Position numbers and translations under genes: made by a program
Source of the DNA: Dehalococcoidia bacterium
GTDB lineage: Bacteria > Chloroflexota > Dehalococcoidia > Lucifugimonadales > QGNO01
Direction of reading: 5' to 3'
Length of the DNA stretch: 64,000 nt
Assembly (NCBI GenBank): GCA_965220545.1
Contig: CBDCQF010000007.1
Location: 21,123-85,122, forward strand
The notes under the pieces: model-generated
What the model was told of the DNA's origin: nothing
Database searches by the model: none
Seen by the model: the letters and a program-made list of their open reading frames with translations, nothing else
Part shown: in pieces, positions 38,233-47,701 of the stretch
Layout of the letters: every line of letters begins with the position of its first letter
Numbering within the stretch: position 1 is the first letter of the stretch

Positions 38233-40794
38233 GTGACTACGCCAGTAAGACGGCAATATCTCGACATTAAACGCCGCTATCCCGACTGTATTCTTCTGTT
38301 CCGCTTGGGCGACTTCTATGAGACCTTCGATGAAGACGCCAAAGTCGTGGCGCGCGACCTTGACATCGCCCTGACCGAGAGAGCGTTCGGCAAGGGCCCA
38401 AAGCACCCCCTGGCGGGCATCCCTTATCATGCGCTCGACAGCTACCTGGGTCGCCTGATCAAGGCAGGGCACAAGGTGGCGATATGCGAGCAGACCAGTG
38501 ACCCGGCGCTATCCAAAGGCATCGTGGATAGGGAAGTAGTCAGAGTGGTCACGCCGGGCACGGTGATCGAACCCTCTCTTCTGGAGGAGCGCAGCAACAA
38601 CTATTTGGCCTCGGTTGTCGTAGAGGTGGAAGAGGCTGGACTGGCCTACACCGACGTAAGCTCCAGCGACGCCGTTTTTGTAACCCAGGTCTCGTTGAAG
38701 GACATGCCCCTGGAGCTGGCCAGGCTGGCTCCCGCTGAAGTAGTGGTGTCCCAAGGTCTCCGGGGCGTGCTGCCCGAAAGTGTGAAGGCGGCAACCGTGG
38801 AAGATGAAGCGTTCCGCTTGGATACCAGCCGCGAAATGCTGATGGAGGAACTGGGCGTTGCCACGCTGGATGGATACGGCATAGAGCACTCGCCTCTGAT
38901 GATTCGCGCCGCCGGGGGGTTGTTCTTCTACCTTGGCCAGAACCAGCGCGAGGCCCTGGAGCGCATAACCAAGCTCAGACCATACGACTTGAAGTCGACC
39001 ATGTCGCTTGACCCTCAGACCAGGCGCAACCTGGAGCTCTTTGCCGGGGGAAGGTGGGAGTCAAAATCGTTCTCTTTGCTGAACGTTTTAGACCTGACCA
39101 AAACATCAATGGGAGGCCGTCTGCTCCGACAGTGGATAGGTCAACCGCTTATGGAGACAACGGCTATAACGCAGCGGCAGGACAGCGTGGAATGGTTCCA
39201 CAAGGACAGGTCCAGACGCCACAGGGTCATCAGAACGCTATCGGAAGTGTCCGACATGGAGAGACTGGTGAACCGCGTGAAGAGCGGCAGTTCCTTGGCA
39301 AGAGACCTGGTGGCGCTGCGTCGCAGCTTGGAGGCGATACCGGAGTTGCGGGCCGTTCTGGGAGAAGACGACGGTCAGCCCGTGAAATGGCTGCTGGCAA
39401 AGCTGCCATCCTGCGAGGAGACGGCGGCAGTGATCCGCCAGGCCATAGCGGACGAGCCCGGCCAGGTGGGAGAGGGCACCGTCATACGGTCGGGATTCTC
39501 GGCGGAACTGGACGAGTTGCGCACGGCGGCAAGGAACGCGCGCGGGTACATAGCAAAGCTGGAAGGCGAGGAACGGGAGCGCACTGGGATAAGGAACCTC
39601 AAGGTAGGCTACAACAAGGTGTTCGGCTACTACATAGAGGTGACCAGGCCCAATCTGCCGCGGGTGCCTTCGGAATACCAGCGGCGGCAGACCCTGACCG
39701 GCGGCGAGAGGTTCATCACGCCTGAGCTCAAGGACTACGAAAACATGATCCTCAATGCCAGGGAACGTCTGGAAGAGTTGGAGATTTCGCTGTACCGGCA
39801 GGTCTGCAACCAGGTAGGACAGGCCTCGGGGCCGATATTGCAAGCGGCGGAAACGGTAGCCCATATCGACGTGTTCACGGCGCTGGCCGAGGCGGCGGAA
39901 CGGTTCGATTACGTGCGTCCGGAGGTAGACGAAAGCACCGTTATCGAAATCAAGGACGGGCGCCATCCCGTGGTGGAAGCCATGCTGCCTCCGGGGGACT
40001 TCGTGCCCAACGATACGTCCCTTTCAGGCGATGAAGCCGGCCTGATCATCCTTACCGGGCCCAACATGTCGGGCAAGTCCACCTATCTGAGACAAGTGGG
40101 GCTCATCGTGTTGATGGCGCAAATGGGCAGCTTTGTTCCTGCAAGGTCGGCCCGCATAGGCCTGGTAGACCGCATCTTCACTAGGGTAGGGCTGCAGGAC
40201 GACCTTGCCGTAGGGCAGTCGACGTTCATGGTGGAAATGGTGGAAACGGCCAGCATCCTGAACAACGCTACAAAGAGGTCGCTGGTCATCCTGGACGAGA
40301 TAGGACGGGGCACCAGCACCTACGACGGCCTGTCGATAGCTCAAGCGGTTGCCGAGCACATACACAACGACCCCATGCTGGGATGCCGTACCCTGTTCGC
40401 CACGCACTACCAGGAGCTTACCGAGCTGGCCCATACTCTACCAAGGGTAAGAAACTACTCCGTATCCGTGTCTGAGGAAGGCGGCACGGTGACCTTTCTA
40501 CATCGCATTGTACCCGGAGGGGCGGACAGGAGCTACGGAGTTCACGTAGCCCAGCTGGCAGGCTTGCCCCGCGACGTAATATTCCGCGCCTGGGAGCTCC
40601 TCAGATACTTGGAGGGAAGCGGGCGCAACGGGGCAACGCCTAGTGGCACGGAAAACCTAGCCCTACAGCTACAATTGTTCGGCGGCACGCCGCCCATAAC
40701 GGAAGAGCTGCTGAAGCTGGACGTGACGGCTATGACCCCCATGGAGGCGATCAACGCGCTGTACACCCTGCAGCAGAAGGCAAAGGACGGTTGA
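38233..40794 (+). CDS. mutS: DNA mismatch repair protein MutS
   Basis: TPVRRQYLDIKRRYPDCILLFRLGDFYETF N-terminus, Walker A GPNMSGKST, DEIGRGTSTYDG, THY. GTG 38233 is preceded by GGAG at 8 nt. The ORF-track start at 37987 runs into the IS and is rejected. Confidence 0.93.
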   Translation: MTTPVRRQYLDIKRRYPDCILLFRLGDFYETFDEDAKVVARDLDIALTERAFGKGPKHPLAGIPYHALDSYLGRLIKAGHKVAICEQTSDPALSKGIVDREVVRVVTPGTVIEPSLLEERSNNYLASVVVEVEEAGLAYTDVSSSDAVFVTQVSLKDMPLELARLAPAEVVVSQGLRGVLPESVKAATVEDEAFRLDTSREMLMEELGVATLDGYGIEHSPLMIRAAGGLFFYLGQNQREALERITKLRPYDLKSTMSLDPQTRRNLELFAGGRWESKSFSLLNVLDLTKTSMGGRLLRQWIGQPLMETTAITQRQDSVEWFHKDRSRRHRVIRTLSEVSDMERLVNRVKSGSSLARDLVALRRSLEAIPELRAVLGEDDGQPVKWLLAKLPSCEETAAVIRQAIADEPGQVGEGTVIRSGFSAELDELRTAARNARGYIAKLEGEERERTGIRNLKVGYNKVFGYYIEVTRPNLPRVPSEYQRRQTLTGGERFITPELKDYENMILNARERLEELEISLYRQVCNQVGQASGPILQAAETVAHIDVFTALAEAAERFDYVRPEVDESTVIEIKDGRHPVVEAMLPPGDFVPNDTSLSGDEAGLIILTGPNMSGKSTYLRQVGLIVLMAQMGSFVPARSARIGLVDRIFTRVGLQDDLAVGQSTFMVEMVETASILNNATKRSLVILDEIGRGTSTYDGLSIAQAVAEHIHNDPMLGCRTLFATHYQELTELAHTLPRVRNYSVSVSEEGGTVTFLHRIVPGGADRSYGVHVAQLAGLPRDVIFRAWELLRYLEGSGRNGATPSGTENLALQLQLFGGTPPITEELLKLDVTAMTPMEAINALYTLQQKAKDG

Positions 40795-40800
40795 GGCGAT

Positions 40801-41385
40801 ATGAGCCTGGATTTGGAGAAGACCGTATACCTGGCCGATAGAGAGTCGTGGCGTGCCTGGCTTGCAGAGCACCACGACAGCGAGACCGACGTCTGGCTCG
40901 TCTATTATCGCAAAGAAACGGGCAAGCCCCGCATCCCCTACAACGACGCGGTGGAAGAGGCGTTGTGCTACGGCTGGATAGACAGCACGGTAAGGGGCAT
41001 GGACGAGGAGCGGTTTGCCCAACGGTTCTCCAAGAGGAGGAAGAATAGCGCGCTCTCTCAGATGAACAAGGAGCGCATACGCAGCCTCATTGCACAGGGC
41101 AAGATGACCAAGGCGGGTCTGGACGCCGTGGCACACGTCTTTGATCCGGCTGCGGATGAAGCGGAGGAGTTTGAAATTCCGCCGCAAATACTTGCCGCAT
41201 TGAAGGCAAACGACCAGGCGTGGCGTAATTTCCAGAAGTTCCCCGGTTCGTACCGGAGAATTCGCATAGCCTACATTGAAAGCCGCAAGCGTCACGGAGC
41301 GCAGATGTATCGGAAGGCTCTTGAGCGTTTCATAGAGATGACCGCCCGGAACAAACGGTTCGGTTACGTGAAGGAGATGACCTGA
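40801..41385 (+). CDS. YdeI/OmpD-associated (OmdA) family protein
   Basis: WRAWLAEHHDSETDVWLVYYRKETGKPRIPYNDAVEEALCYGWIDS is the characteristic N-terminal pattern of this family. Starts 6 nt after the mutS stop. Confidence 0.7.
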   Translation: MSLDLEKTVYLADRESWRAWLAEHHDSETDVWLVYYRKETGKPRIPYNDAVEEALCYGWIDSTVRGMDEERFAQRFSKRRKNSALSQMNKERIRSLIAQGKMTKAGLDAVAHVFDPAADEAEEFEIPPQILAALKANDQAWRNFQKFPGSYRRIRIAYIESRKRHGAQMYRKALERFIEMTARNKRFGYVKEMT

Positions 41386-41390
41386 ACAGT

Positions 41391-41419
41391 TTGACACTGT
41401 AGCCACGTCTCTCTATGAT
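41391..41419 (+). promoter_or_regulatory. Sigma-70-type promoter candidate TTGACA-17-TATGAT
   Basis: Perfect -35 (41391-41396), 17-nt spacer and TATGAT (41414-41419). It lies in the 200-bp gap upstream of the hypothetical-HAD-mutL genes. Confidence 0.45.
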
Positions 41420-41585
41420 ACTGTTCAACTAATCCAATAATTCATCAACGGAATTGACAGCCCTACGTATATCCACGACTCCTCCATGCGGTGAGAGTCC
41501 ACTCCTCAACAGCTTTTGCCCTGGCTGCCTGCGCTGCGCATCCTGGGACTTGGGTAGCTGCGTTCTAGGCTGTTAGGGAGATGTC

Positions 41586-42575
41586 GTGACCCTCTACAAA
41601 TGGCTGACCTCCGAGATGACTTCTCACCGGGACAAACAGTTCAGGTGGTGGCCTGAAGGTGTGCACGAGGCTGAGGAGTGCGACGACAAGTCCATGGGCG
41701 CACAGGGCAGGGGACTGCACCTGATGAAGCGTCCCGTGGACGCCCTCAGGTTTGGCCACTGGCCGGGGCACCTGTTCGAGGCGGAGGCCGTCGACCTGAT
41801 AGCGGAGGACGATTTCAAGGTCCGCAGCTCCAAGGTCAGGTTGATAAGAGAGGTGGACCGGGCGCGGGTATTCGGGCCGCAGGGAGAGCGTTTCTCCATG
41901 TTCCTTTCCTGGCTAGCCGATATACCATGGCTGGAGGGGGAAGAGTCCATAGAAGCAGCTATAGAGGCCGCCGTGGAATACCAGTCGCGGTTGTCCACGT
42001 GGGGCTGGGAAATGCTCCCCGTGGAAACGGTGCGCTTCGAAGAATGGATTGCGGGTGCAGACTACTACGCCAATGCGGTCAATCCCAGCGCGCTTACCGG
42101 AGCTTGGACGGCATGGGCGGAGGCCGGAGTCGACTGGTATCACTGGGTAGCCCCCTGGGCCGCTTCGATCTCATGGGGCGGCGGATGGTCCAGCCTGGAG
42201 GCCGGCGCCGGAGCGGCGGCCTGGGCCGTGGCCAAGAAGGAGTGGAAGGGAGCATCGCCATGGCCCGCTCCCAACGACGATTTCTGGAAGGAGACGGCCA
42301 ACAGAGTGCGGCGGGCAACAAGGATGATATCAGGCGCAGCCGCCAACGATACGGCAAGAGCGGCGGAGTATATAATATGCTCGGATAGCTTGCCGATTAA
42401 TCCATACGAGCCGCTTATGCTCGTCTGGATGCTTGGATACTGGCCCATGGGTGTAGTCGACGGGAAGTTTATGATAGGAGACCTCTCCGCCGTCGTTGGC
42501 GGCGATAACGCCGTGCACAATCTACACAGGAACCCGGAGCTTCTGTTCCGGCAGTATGGGAACTGGACCGCCTGA
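41586..42575 (+). CDS. Hypothetical protein, Trp-rich, no confident family assignment
   Basis: GTG start after GGGAG. The N-terminal ~75 aa (LYKWLTSEMTS..F.W.EG........G.GLHL......AL.F....GHLFEAEAV) resembles a small domain seen in phage and bacterial hypotheticals. The central region is rich in W/A/G. Confidence 0.55.
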   Translation: MTLYKWLTSEMTSHRDKQFRWWPEGVHEAEECDDKSMGAQGRGLHLMKRPVDALRFGHWPGHLFEAEAVDLIAEDDFKVRSSKVRLIREVDRARVFGPQGERFSMFLSWLADIPWLEGEESIEAAIEAAVEYQSRLSTWGWEMLPVETVRFEEWIAGADYYANAVNPSALTGAWTAWAEAGVDWYHWVAPWAASISWGGGWSSLEAGAGAAAWAVAKKEWKGASPWPAPNDDFWKETANRVRRATRMISGAAANDTARAAEYIICSDSLPINPYEPLMLVWMLGYWPMGVVDGKFMIGDLSAVVGGDNAVHNLHRNPELLFRQYGNWTA

Positions 42576-42968
42576 ATGAACATCTTCTTCGATACAGACT
42601 ATACCTGGCTTGGGGTTGATGACTCGGTCAGGCCGGGCACCCACGAAATCATGCAGAAGCTCATAGATGACGGCCACACGATATACGTTTGGTCGGGCAT
42701 AGGCATCAGGTGGCCGGAAGTCCGCCGCCACAACCTCACTCCCTACGTAACCGACTGCTATATCAAGCCGCTGGACAACTTCATAGAAGCGCTCGACGAG
42801 TTGGGCCTCCCCGTAAGGCCGGACATTGTAGTTGACGATTACCCGGAGGTCCCCACGGCGCTGGGAGGGATCTGGGTAAGGCCGTACTTCTTCTACAACG
42901 CGGCGGACAACGAGATGCAACGGGTGTACCAGCTTATTTCGCAGTACGCCAAGAACGGAAGCCGCTAG
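42576..42968 (+). CDS. Minimal (capless) HAD-superfamily phosphatase
   Basis: Motif I FFDTDYT (DxDxT), motif II VWSG, motif III K in YIKP, motif IV VVDDYPE. The ATG directly abuts the upstream stop (TGAATG). Confidence 0.65.
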   Translation: MNIFFDTDYTWLGVDDSVRPGTHEIMQKLIDDGHTIYVWSGIGIRWPEVRRHNLTPYVTDCYIKPLDNFIEALDELGLPVRPDIVVDDYPEVPTALGGIWVRPYFFYNAADNEMQRVYQLISQYAKNGSR

Positions 42969-43090
42969 CCCCTCTCGCGCCAGCCGGACTCTGGACCCGC
43001 CCCGTTTTCTCCATATCGTGCAATCCCTAGCTAGTGTCCCCTGAGTGCAAGGTGCTACCATGGAAGCATCCTCGATCCATCCCTGATGAA

Positions 43091-44848
43091 ATGCCGATAC
43101 GAGTTCTAGACAGTACCCTTGCCTCCAAGATAGCCGCGGGAGAGGTGGTGGAAAGACCGGCTTCCGTAGTCAAAGAGCTGGTGGAAAACGCCATAGACGC
43201 CGGGGCAACCAGAGTCACCATAGAGGTGCAGGGCGGCGGGATAGAATCGATCAGGGTCAGCGACGACGGCGCGGGAATCCCCGTGCTGGACTTGGAGCTG
43301 GCGCTGGAACGCCACGCCACAAGCAAAATCGGCGATGAGAACGACCTGGAAACCATATCCACCATGGGATTCCGCGGGGAAGCCCTTCCCAGCATAGCGT
43401 CCGTATCCAGGATGGTGCTCACCAGCCGCGCCAGGGGATCCGAGCAGGGGGCATACGTTCGCTCCAAGGGCGGAATACTAGAGAGAAAGGGCGCCGCCGG
43501 AACATCTGAAGGGACCTCCGTGACGGTCCAAGACCTGTTTGCCAATGTACCGGCTCGAAGGAAGTTTCTCAGGTCTGCGGCCGCGGAATCTTCCCGAATA
43601 CACAACGCGGTAACGCAGATCGCCTTGGGTCACCCCCACGTACGGTTTAATCTAATCAGCAATGGCAAGGAAACGTTCTCCTCGCCCGGAAGCGGCGATC
43701 TCAGCGACGTCTTGACGGCAGTATACGGCCGGGAGACGGTGGAGGCGCTGCTGAAGGTGGAGGGAATCGACAAAGACGGACGGCGCGTGTCGGGCTTTGC
43801 CTCGTCGCCGTCGCTGACGCGCGCCAACAGAAGCGGAATCAACTTCTACGTCAACCGACGCTGGATACAGAACCGCATGCTCCTTCAGGCCGTCGAGGAA
43901 GCGTACAGAGGACTGCTTATGGAGGGCCGTCATCCACTCGTGGTCTTGCATTTAGAGATTCCCACGATTGAAGTGGACGTCAACGTGCACCCGGCAAAGC
44001 GCGAGGTGCGGTTTCATCACGATGGCGCGGTATTCTCAGCGGTGCAGCGCAGCGTAAGAGAGTGCCTGGTGGCTCACTCGCCGGTGCCATTGGTGACAAC
44101 GCACGCCGTCCAACCCGGCGCGGCGCCGCCCGGCTGGCATTCGCCTCCTGCTCCGCTATGGGGTGGACAAGATTCGTTCAAGACGTGGCCGGTTCCCCAC
44201 GCGAGCCAGGATTTCGGCCTAACAGACAGCACTGCCGTGGATACCGGGCATGAACCCCGGCTTCTCGCAGGAGAAACGCTTCCCGCCCTACGTGTGCTGG
44301 GCCAGGCAGGGCAAACCTACATAATCGCGGAAGGGCCGCAGGGGGTCTACCTTATCGACCAGCATGCGGCGCACGAAAGGGTGAACTTTGAAAAGGTTCT
44401 TCGCCAGGTGGAGGAGAAGAGTCCTGAGATTCAGGGCTTGCTGGAGCCGCTGGCGGTGGAACTGCTGCCTGAGCAGGTGCAAACGCTGGAAGAGTGGAAG
44501 GACACCCTGCATGATTTCGGCTTCCTTGGCGAGTCATTCGGAGAGAGGGCGTATTTGATCAGAGGTGTACCCGCCGAAATAAGAAACACCAGCCCTGATC
44601 AGCTGTTGGGAGAGGTCTTGGAGACCTTGCAGAAGGCCCAAGACACGTCGCAGGCCCTTGAATCGATGGCTGCTTCCATAGCCTGCCACAGCTCTGTGAG
44701 GGCAGGGGACACGCTGACGCACGAAGAGATGGCGGCCCTGCTCAGGCAACTGGAAAAGGCCGGTTCGCCGCACACCTGCCCACACGGTCGTCCCACGATG
44801 CTGCACCTGAGCACGAGCAACCTGGAACGCGAGTTCGGCCGGAGATAG
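43091..44848 (+). CDS. mutL: DNA mismatch repair protein MutL
   Basis: MPIRVLDSTLASKIAAGEVVERPASVVKELVENAIDAG (GHKL ATPase) and C-terminal endonuclease-type motifs. The start is set at ATG 43091. Confidence 0.92.
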   Translation: MPIRVLDSTLASKIAAGEVVERPASVVKELVENAIDAGATRVTIEVQGGGIESIRVSDDGAGIPVLDLELALERHATSKIGDENDLETISTMGFRGEALPSIASVSRMVLTSRARGSEQGAYVRSKGGILERKGAAGTSEGTSVTVQDLFANVPARRKFLRSAAAESSRIHNAVTQIALGHPHVRFNLISNGKETFSSPGSGDLSDVLTAVYGRETVEALLKVEGIDKDGRRVSGFASSPSLTRANRSGINFYVNRRWIQNRMLLQAVEEAYRGLLMEGRHPLVVLHLEIPTIEVDVNVHPAKREVRFHHDGAVFSAVQRSVRECLVAHSPVPLVTTHAVQPGAAPPGWHSPPAPLWGGQDSFKTWPVPHASQDFGLTDSTAVDTGHEPRLLAGETLPALRVLGQAGQTYIIAEGPQGVYLIDQHAAHERVNFEKVLRQVEEKSPEIQGLLEPLAVELLPEQVQTLEEWKDTLHDFGFLGESFGERAYLIRGVPAEIRNTSPDQLLGEVLETLQKAQDTSQALESMAASIACHSSVRAGDTLTHEEMAALLRQLEKAGSPHTCPHGRPTMLHLSTSNLEREFGRR

Positions 44849-44903
44849 TCTTTCCCTGGCGCTCAAGCCTCCCTGATTTAGCATTCAATGATTAATTGTC
44901 TGG

Positions 44904-44932
44904 TTGACAGGTGTTTATATATACATTAGAGT
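44904..44932 (+). promoter_or_regulatory. Sigma-70-type promoter candidate TTGACA-17-TAGAGT upstream of the iron ABC operon
   Basis: Perfect -35 (44904-44909), 17-nt AT-rich spacer and TAGAGT (44927-44932). Confidence 0.4.
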
Positions 44933-44989
44933 GCGTCGGAGACCAAAAGTTGAGAAATAGGTCTACTATTGCTACAATAAGGAGCTTTT

Positions 44990-46066
44990 ATGCGACGCAC
45001 ACTGTGGAAAAGAACGTTTTCAATACTGCCGGTAGCCCTGCTAGCGGCGCTTCTCATTGGCTGCACCGGTACGGACCCCGCTACGCCAACGCCTACTGCT
45101 ATGCCCAGAGCAACAGCTACGGCTACCCCTGCGCCGCCGGAGCCAGTTACGCTAACCGTTTATTCGGGCCGCAGTGAGGAGCTGGTTGGGCCAATCATAG
45201 AGCAGTTCCGACAGCTTACCGGAGTCAACGTGGAAGTACGCTGGGGCGGCACCTCTGAGATGGCGGCCACCATTATGGAAGAAGGAAACAATACCAGGGC
45301 GGACGTTTTCTATGCTCAAGACCCCGGCGCATTGGGGGCGCTTAGAGATAGATTCACCAAACTGCCGGATGAAATCCTTGCCCGAACCCAACCAGGTTTC
45401 CAAGCCGACGACGGCAAGTGGGTTGGCATATCTGGACGAGCCAGAGTGATGGTGTACAGTCCTGAACGCTTGACCGAGGATGAGCTGCCCGATAGCGTGT
45501 GGGGCCTCACAGATCCTAAGTGGCGGGGACGCATCGGCTGGGCGCCCACCAACGGATCGTTCCAGGTGATGGTTACAGGGATGCGCCAGTTATGGGGAGA
45601 GGAACGGACCAAAGAGTGGTTGGAGGGTATTCAAGCCAACGATGTCAAGGTATATCCCAAGAATACGCCCCAGGTAGCGGCGGTAGCAGCGGGAGAGATA
45701 GACGTGGGTTTGGTTAACCATTACTATCTATTCCGATTTCTAGCTGAGGAAGGGGAAAACTTCCCTGCGCGCAACCATCATCCAAAAGCGGGAGACGCAG
45801 GCGCACTCATAATGGTGTCAGGCATAGGGGTACTTGAGCAATCGGAACAAAAGGAGACGGCCTTCAAACTTGTGGAGTTCCTGCTCTCACAGGTGGGACA
45901 GCAGTATTTCTCATCCCAGACCTTTGAGTATCCGGTTGTAGAGGGAGTAAGGACGCAGCACGTGCTGACGCCCCTTTCGGAAATAGAAGCGCCCAACATG
46001 GAACTGCAAGACCTCTCTGATCTGGACGGCACTTTGCAACTGCTGCAAGAAGCAGGAGTTCTCTAG
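44990..46066 (+). CDS. Fe(III)-type ABC transporter substrate-binding lipoprotein (FbpA/AfuA-like)
   Basis: Signal peptide with lipobox LLIGCTG. The pattern LTVYSGRSEELV...F...TG..V.VR.G is typical of ferric-binding SBPs. Confidence 0.8.
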   Translation: MRRTLWKRTFSILPVALLAALLIGCTGTDPATPTPTAMPRATATATPAPPEPVTLTVYSGRSEELVGPIIEQFRQLTGVNVEVRWGGTSEMAATIMEEGNNTRADVFYAQDPGALGALRDRFTKLPDEILARTQPGFQADDGKWVGISGRARVMVYSPERLTEDELPDSVWGLTDPKWRGRIGWAPTNGSFQVMVTGMRQLWGEERTKEWLEGIQANDVKVYPKNTPQVAAVAAGEIDVGLVNHYYLFRFLAEEGENFPARNHHPKAGDAGALIMVSGIGVLEQSEQKETAFKLVEFLLSQVGQQYFSSQTFEYPVVEGVRTQHVLTPLSEIEAPNMELQDLSDLDGTLQLLQEAGVL

Positions 46067-46078
46067 CCAAGGGGATCG

Positions 46079-47701
46079 ATGGAAGCCACCCACGGCGAAC
46101 GGTTCAACTTTACGCACAGACTAACGGCCGGAGGCGTGTCGAGGCCGCCTCCGGCCTTATTGATTCCGGCTTTGCTGGTGGCGGCCGTTATGCTTCTGCC
46201 GCTCGTTTACCTGCTCATTCGCACGGCGGGCGCCGGCGAAGAGGCGGTGGACGCGCTGCTCCGCCCGCGGACGTTGTGGGTGGCCCTGAAGACGCTGGGG
46301 CTTATATTCGTGGTAAGCGTCTCATCGGCGGCGGTGGCGCTGCCCCTGGCATGGCTTACAGTGCGCACCGACCTCCCTTTCAAGCGAACTTGGTCCATAC
46401 TGACCGTTCTGCCGCTAGTCATTCCCAGCTACGTGGGCGCACTGGCCATGGTTTCTGCCCTGGGCCCAGGCGGCATATTGCAGCAGTGGCTGGAAAGGTT
46501 CGGGGTGGAGAGACTGCCAGACGTTTACGGGTTCACAGGAGCGGCGTTTGTCCTTACCATATTCACCTATCCATACATGCTTTTGATCTTACGCACAGCT
46601 CTATGGAGGCTGGACCCTGCCCTGGAAGAAACGTCCAGGAGCCTGGGGGCGGGCAAGTGGGAGACCTTCCGGAGGGTGGTAATGCCACAGTTGAGACCCG
46701 CTCTTGGAGCCGGAGGCCTGCTCGTGGCTTTGTACACGCTGAGCGACTTTGGAGCGGTATCGTTGCTGCGGTTTGAATCGCTGACACAGCAGATATACGT
46801 GCAGTACCAGGCGTCGTTTTCACGACACGCCGCCGCCGTGTTTTCGCTACTGCTTGGCGCGATAAGCGTGGGCCTATTGGTGATGGAAGCCAGGTCACAC
46901 GGCAAGTCCAAGTACTATCGAAGCAACAGCAACACACAGCGACCGCCTTTTACAGTGCCGCTCAACAGATGGAAATGGCCGGCGCTTATCTTCTGTGGAG
47001 CCATAGTAACGGTGGGTCTGTTGCTGCCGGTTGGAGTCCTGGCGTACTGGCTGGCGCGAGGCGTGGCCGCCGGAGAACCTCTGCGGCTGGTCTGGAGCGC
47101 GGCCTGGAACTCGGCGATGGTGTCGGCGCTGGCCGCGGCCGCGGCCACGGCGGCCGCGGTTCCGGTCGCCCTGATGGTGGTGCGCTTTCCCGGAAGACTC
47201 TCTTTCATCATAGAGAGGGCTTCCTATACCGGGTTCGCTCTGCCCGGCATAGTAGTGGCGCTGGCCCTGGTCTTCTTCGGCGCCGCCTACGGAGGTTTCC
47301 TCTATCAGACGCTGGCCATGCTGGTGCTGGCTTACCTGGTCCTCTTCCTGCCGCAAGCCACCGGCGCGGTACGGAGCTCCTTGTTGCAAGTGAGCCCTCG
47401 TTTGGAGGAGATGGGGCGCAACCTGGGAAGAACTCCGGTGAGGGTTTGGCTCAGCGTAACGGTACCCCTGATGAGGCCGGGACTGCTGGCGGGGGCCGCC
47501 CTTGTATTCCTAACCGTGATGAAAGAGCTTCCAGCCACTTTGTTGCTCAGCCCCATAGGGTTCGAGACACTGGCGACCAAGATATGGAGCGCCAGCTCCG
47601 AGGGCTTCTTTGCCAGGGCGGCTGCCCCGTCGCTGTTGTTGGTGCTGGTAGCATCGCTTTCGCTGTTGCTCTTGCTGCGCCAAGAAGAGGTGACGTCTTG
47701 A
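46079..47701 (+). CDS. Fe(III)-type ABC transporter permease, duplicated-domain (FbpB-like)
   Basis: Two BPD_transp_1 modules, each with an EAA loop (LEETSRSLGAGKWETFRRVVMPQLRP; LEEMGRNLGRTPVRVWLSVTVPLMRP). Confidence 0.88.
   Translation: MEATHGERFNFTHRLTAGGVSRPPPALLIPALLVAAVMLLPLVYLLIRTAGAGEEAVDALLRPRTLWVALKTLGLIFVVSVSSAAVALPLAWLTVRTDLPFKRTWSILTVLPLVIPSYVGALAMVSALGPGGILQQWLERFGVERLPDVYGFTGAAFVLTIFTYPYMLLILRTALWRLDPALEETSRSLGAGKWETFRRVVMPQLRPALGAGGLLVALYTLSDFGAVSLLRFESLTQQIYVQYQASFSRHAAAVFSLLLGAISVGLLVMEARSHGKSKYYRSNSNTQRPPFTVPLNRWKWPALIFCGAIVTVGLLLPVGVLAYWLARGVAAGEPLRLVWSAAWNSAMVSALAAAAATAAAVPVALMVVRFPGRLSFIIERASYTGFALPGIVVALALVFFGAAYGGFLYQTLAMLVLAYLVLFLPQATGAVRSSLLQVSPRLEEMGRNLGRTPVRVWLSVTVPLMRPGLLAGAALVFLTVMKELPATLLLSPIGFETLATKIWSASSEGFFARAAAPSLLLVLVASLSLLLLLRQEEVTS

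Noticed and set aside
44881-44900. A classical Fur box upstream of the iron transporter.
   Set aside because: Only the AATGAT core matches GATAATGATAATCATTATC, and the remainder aligns poorly. It is kept only as a generic AT-rich operator candidate in the findings.
46969-47697. N-terminal 243 aa of the 599-aa ORF 46969..48768, which would make a giant ABC ATPase.
   Set aside because: This part lies in another frame of the permease gene and is Arg/Gly-rich nonsense. ABC ATPase homology begins at TTG 47698, which overlaps the permease stop and has an upstream AGAAGAGG RBS.
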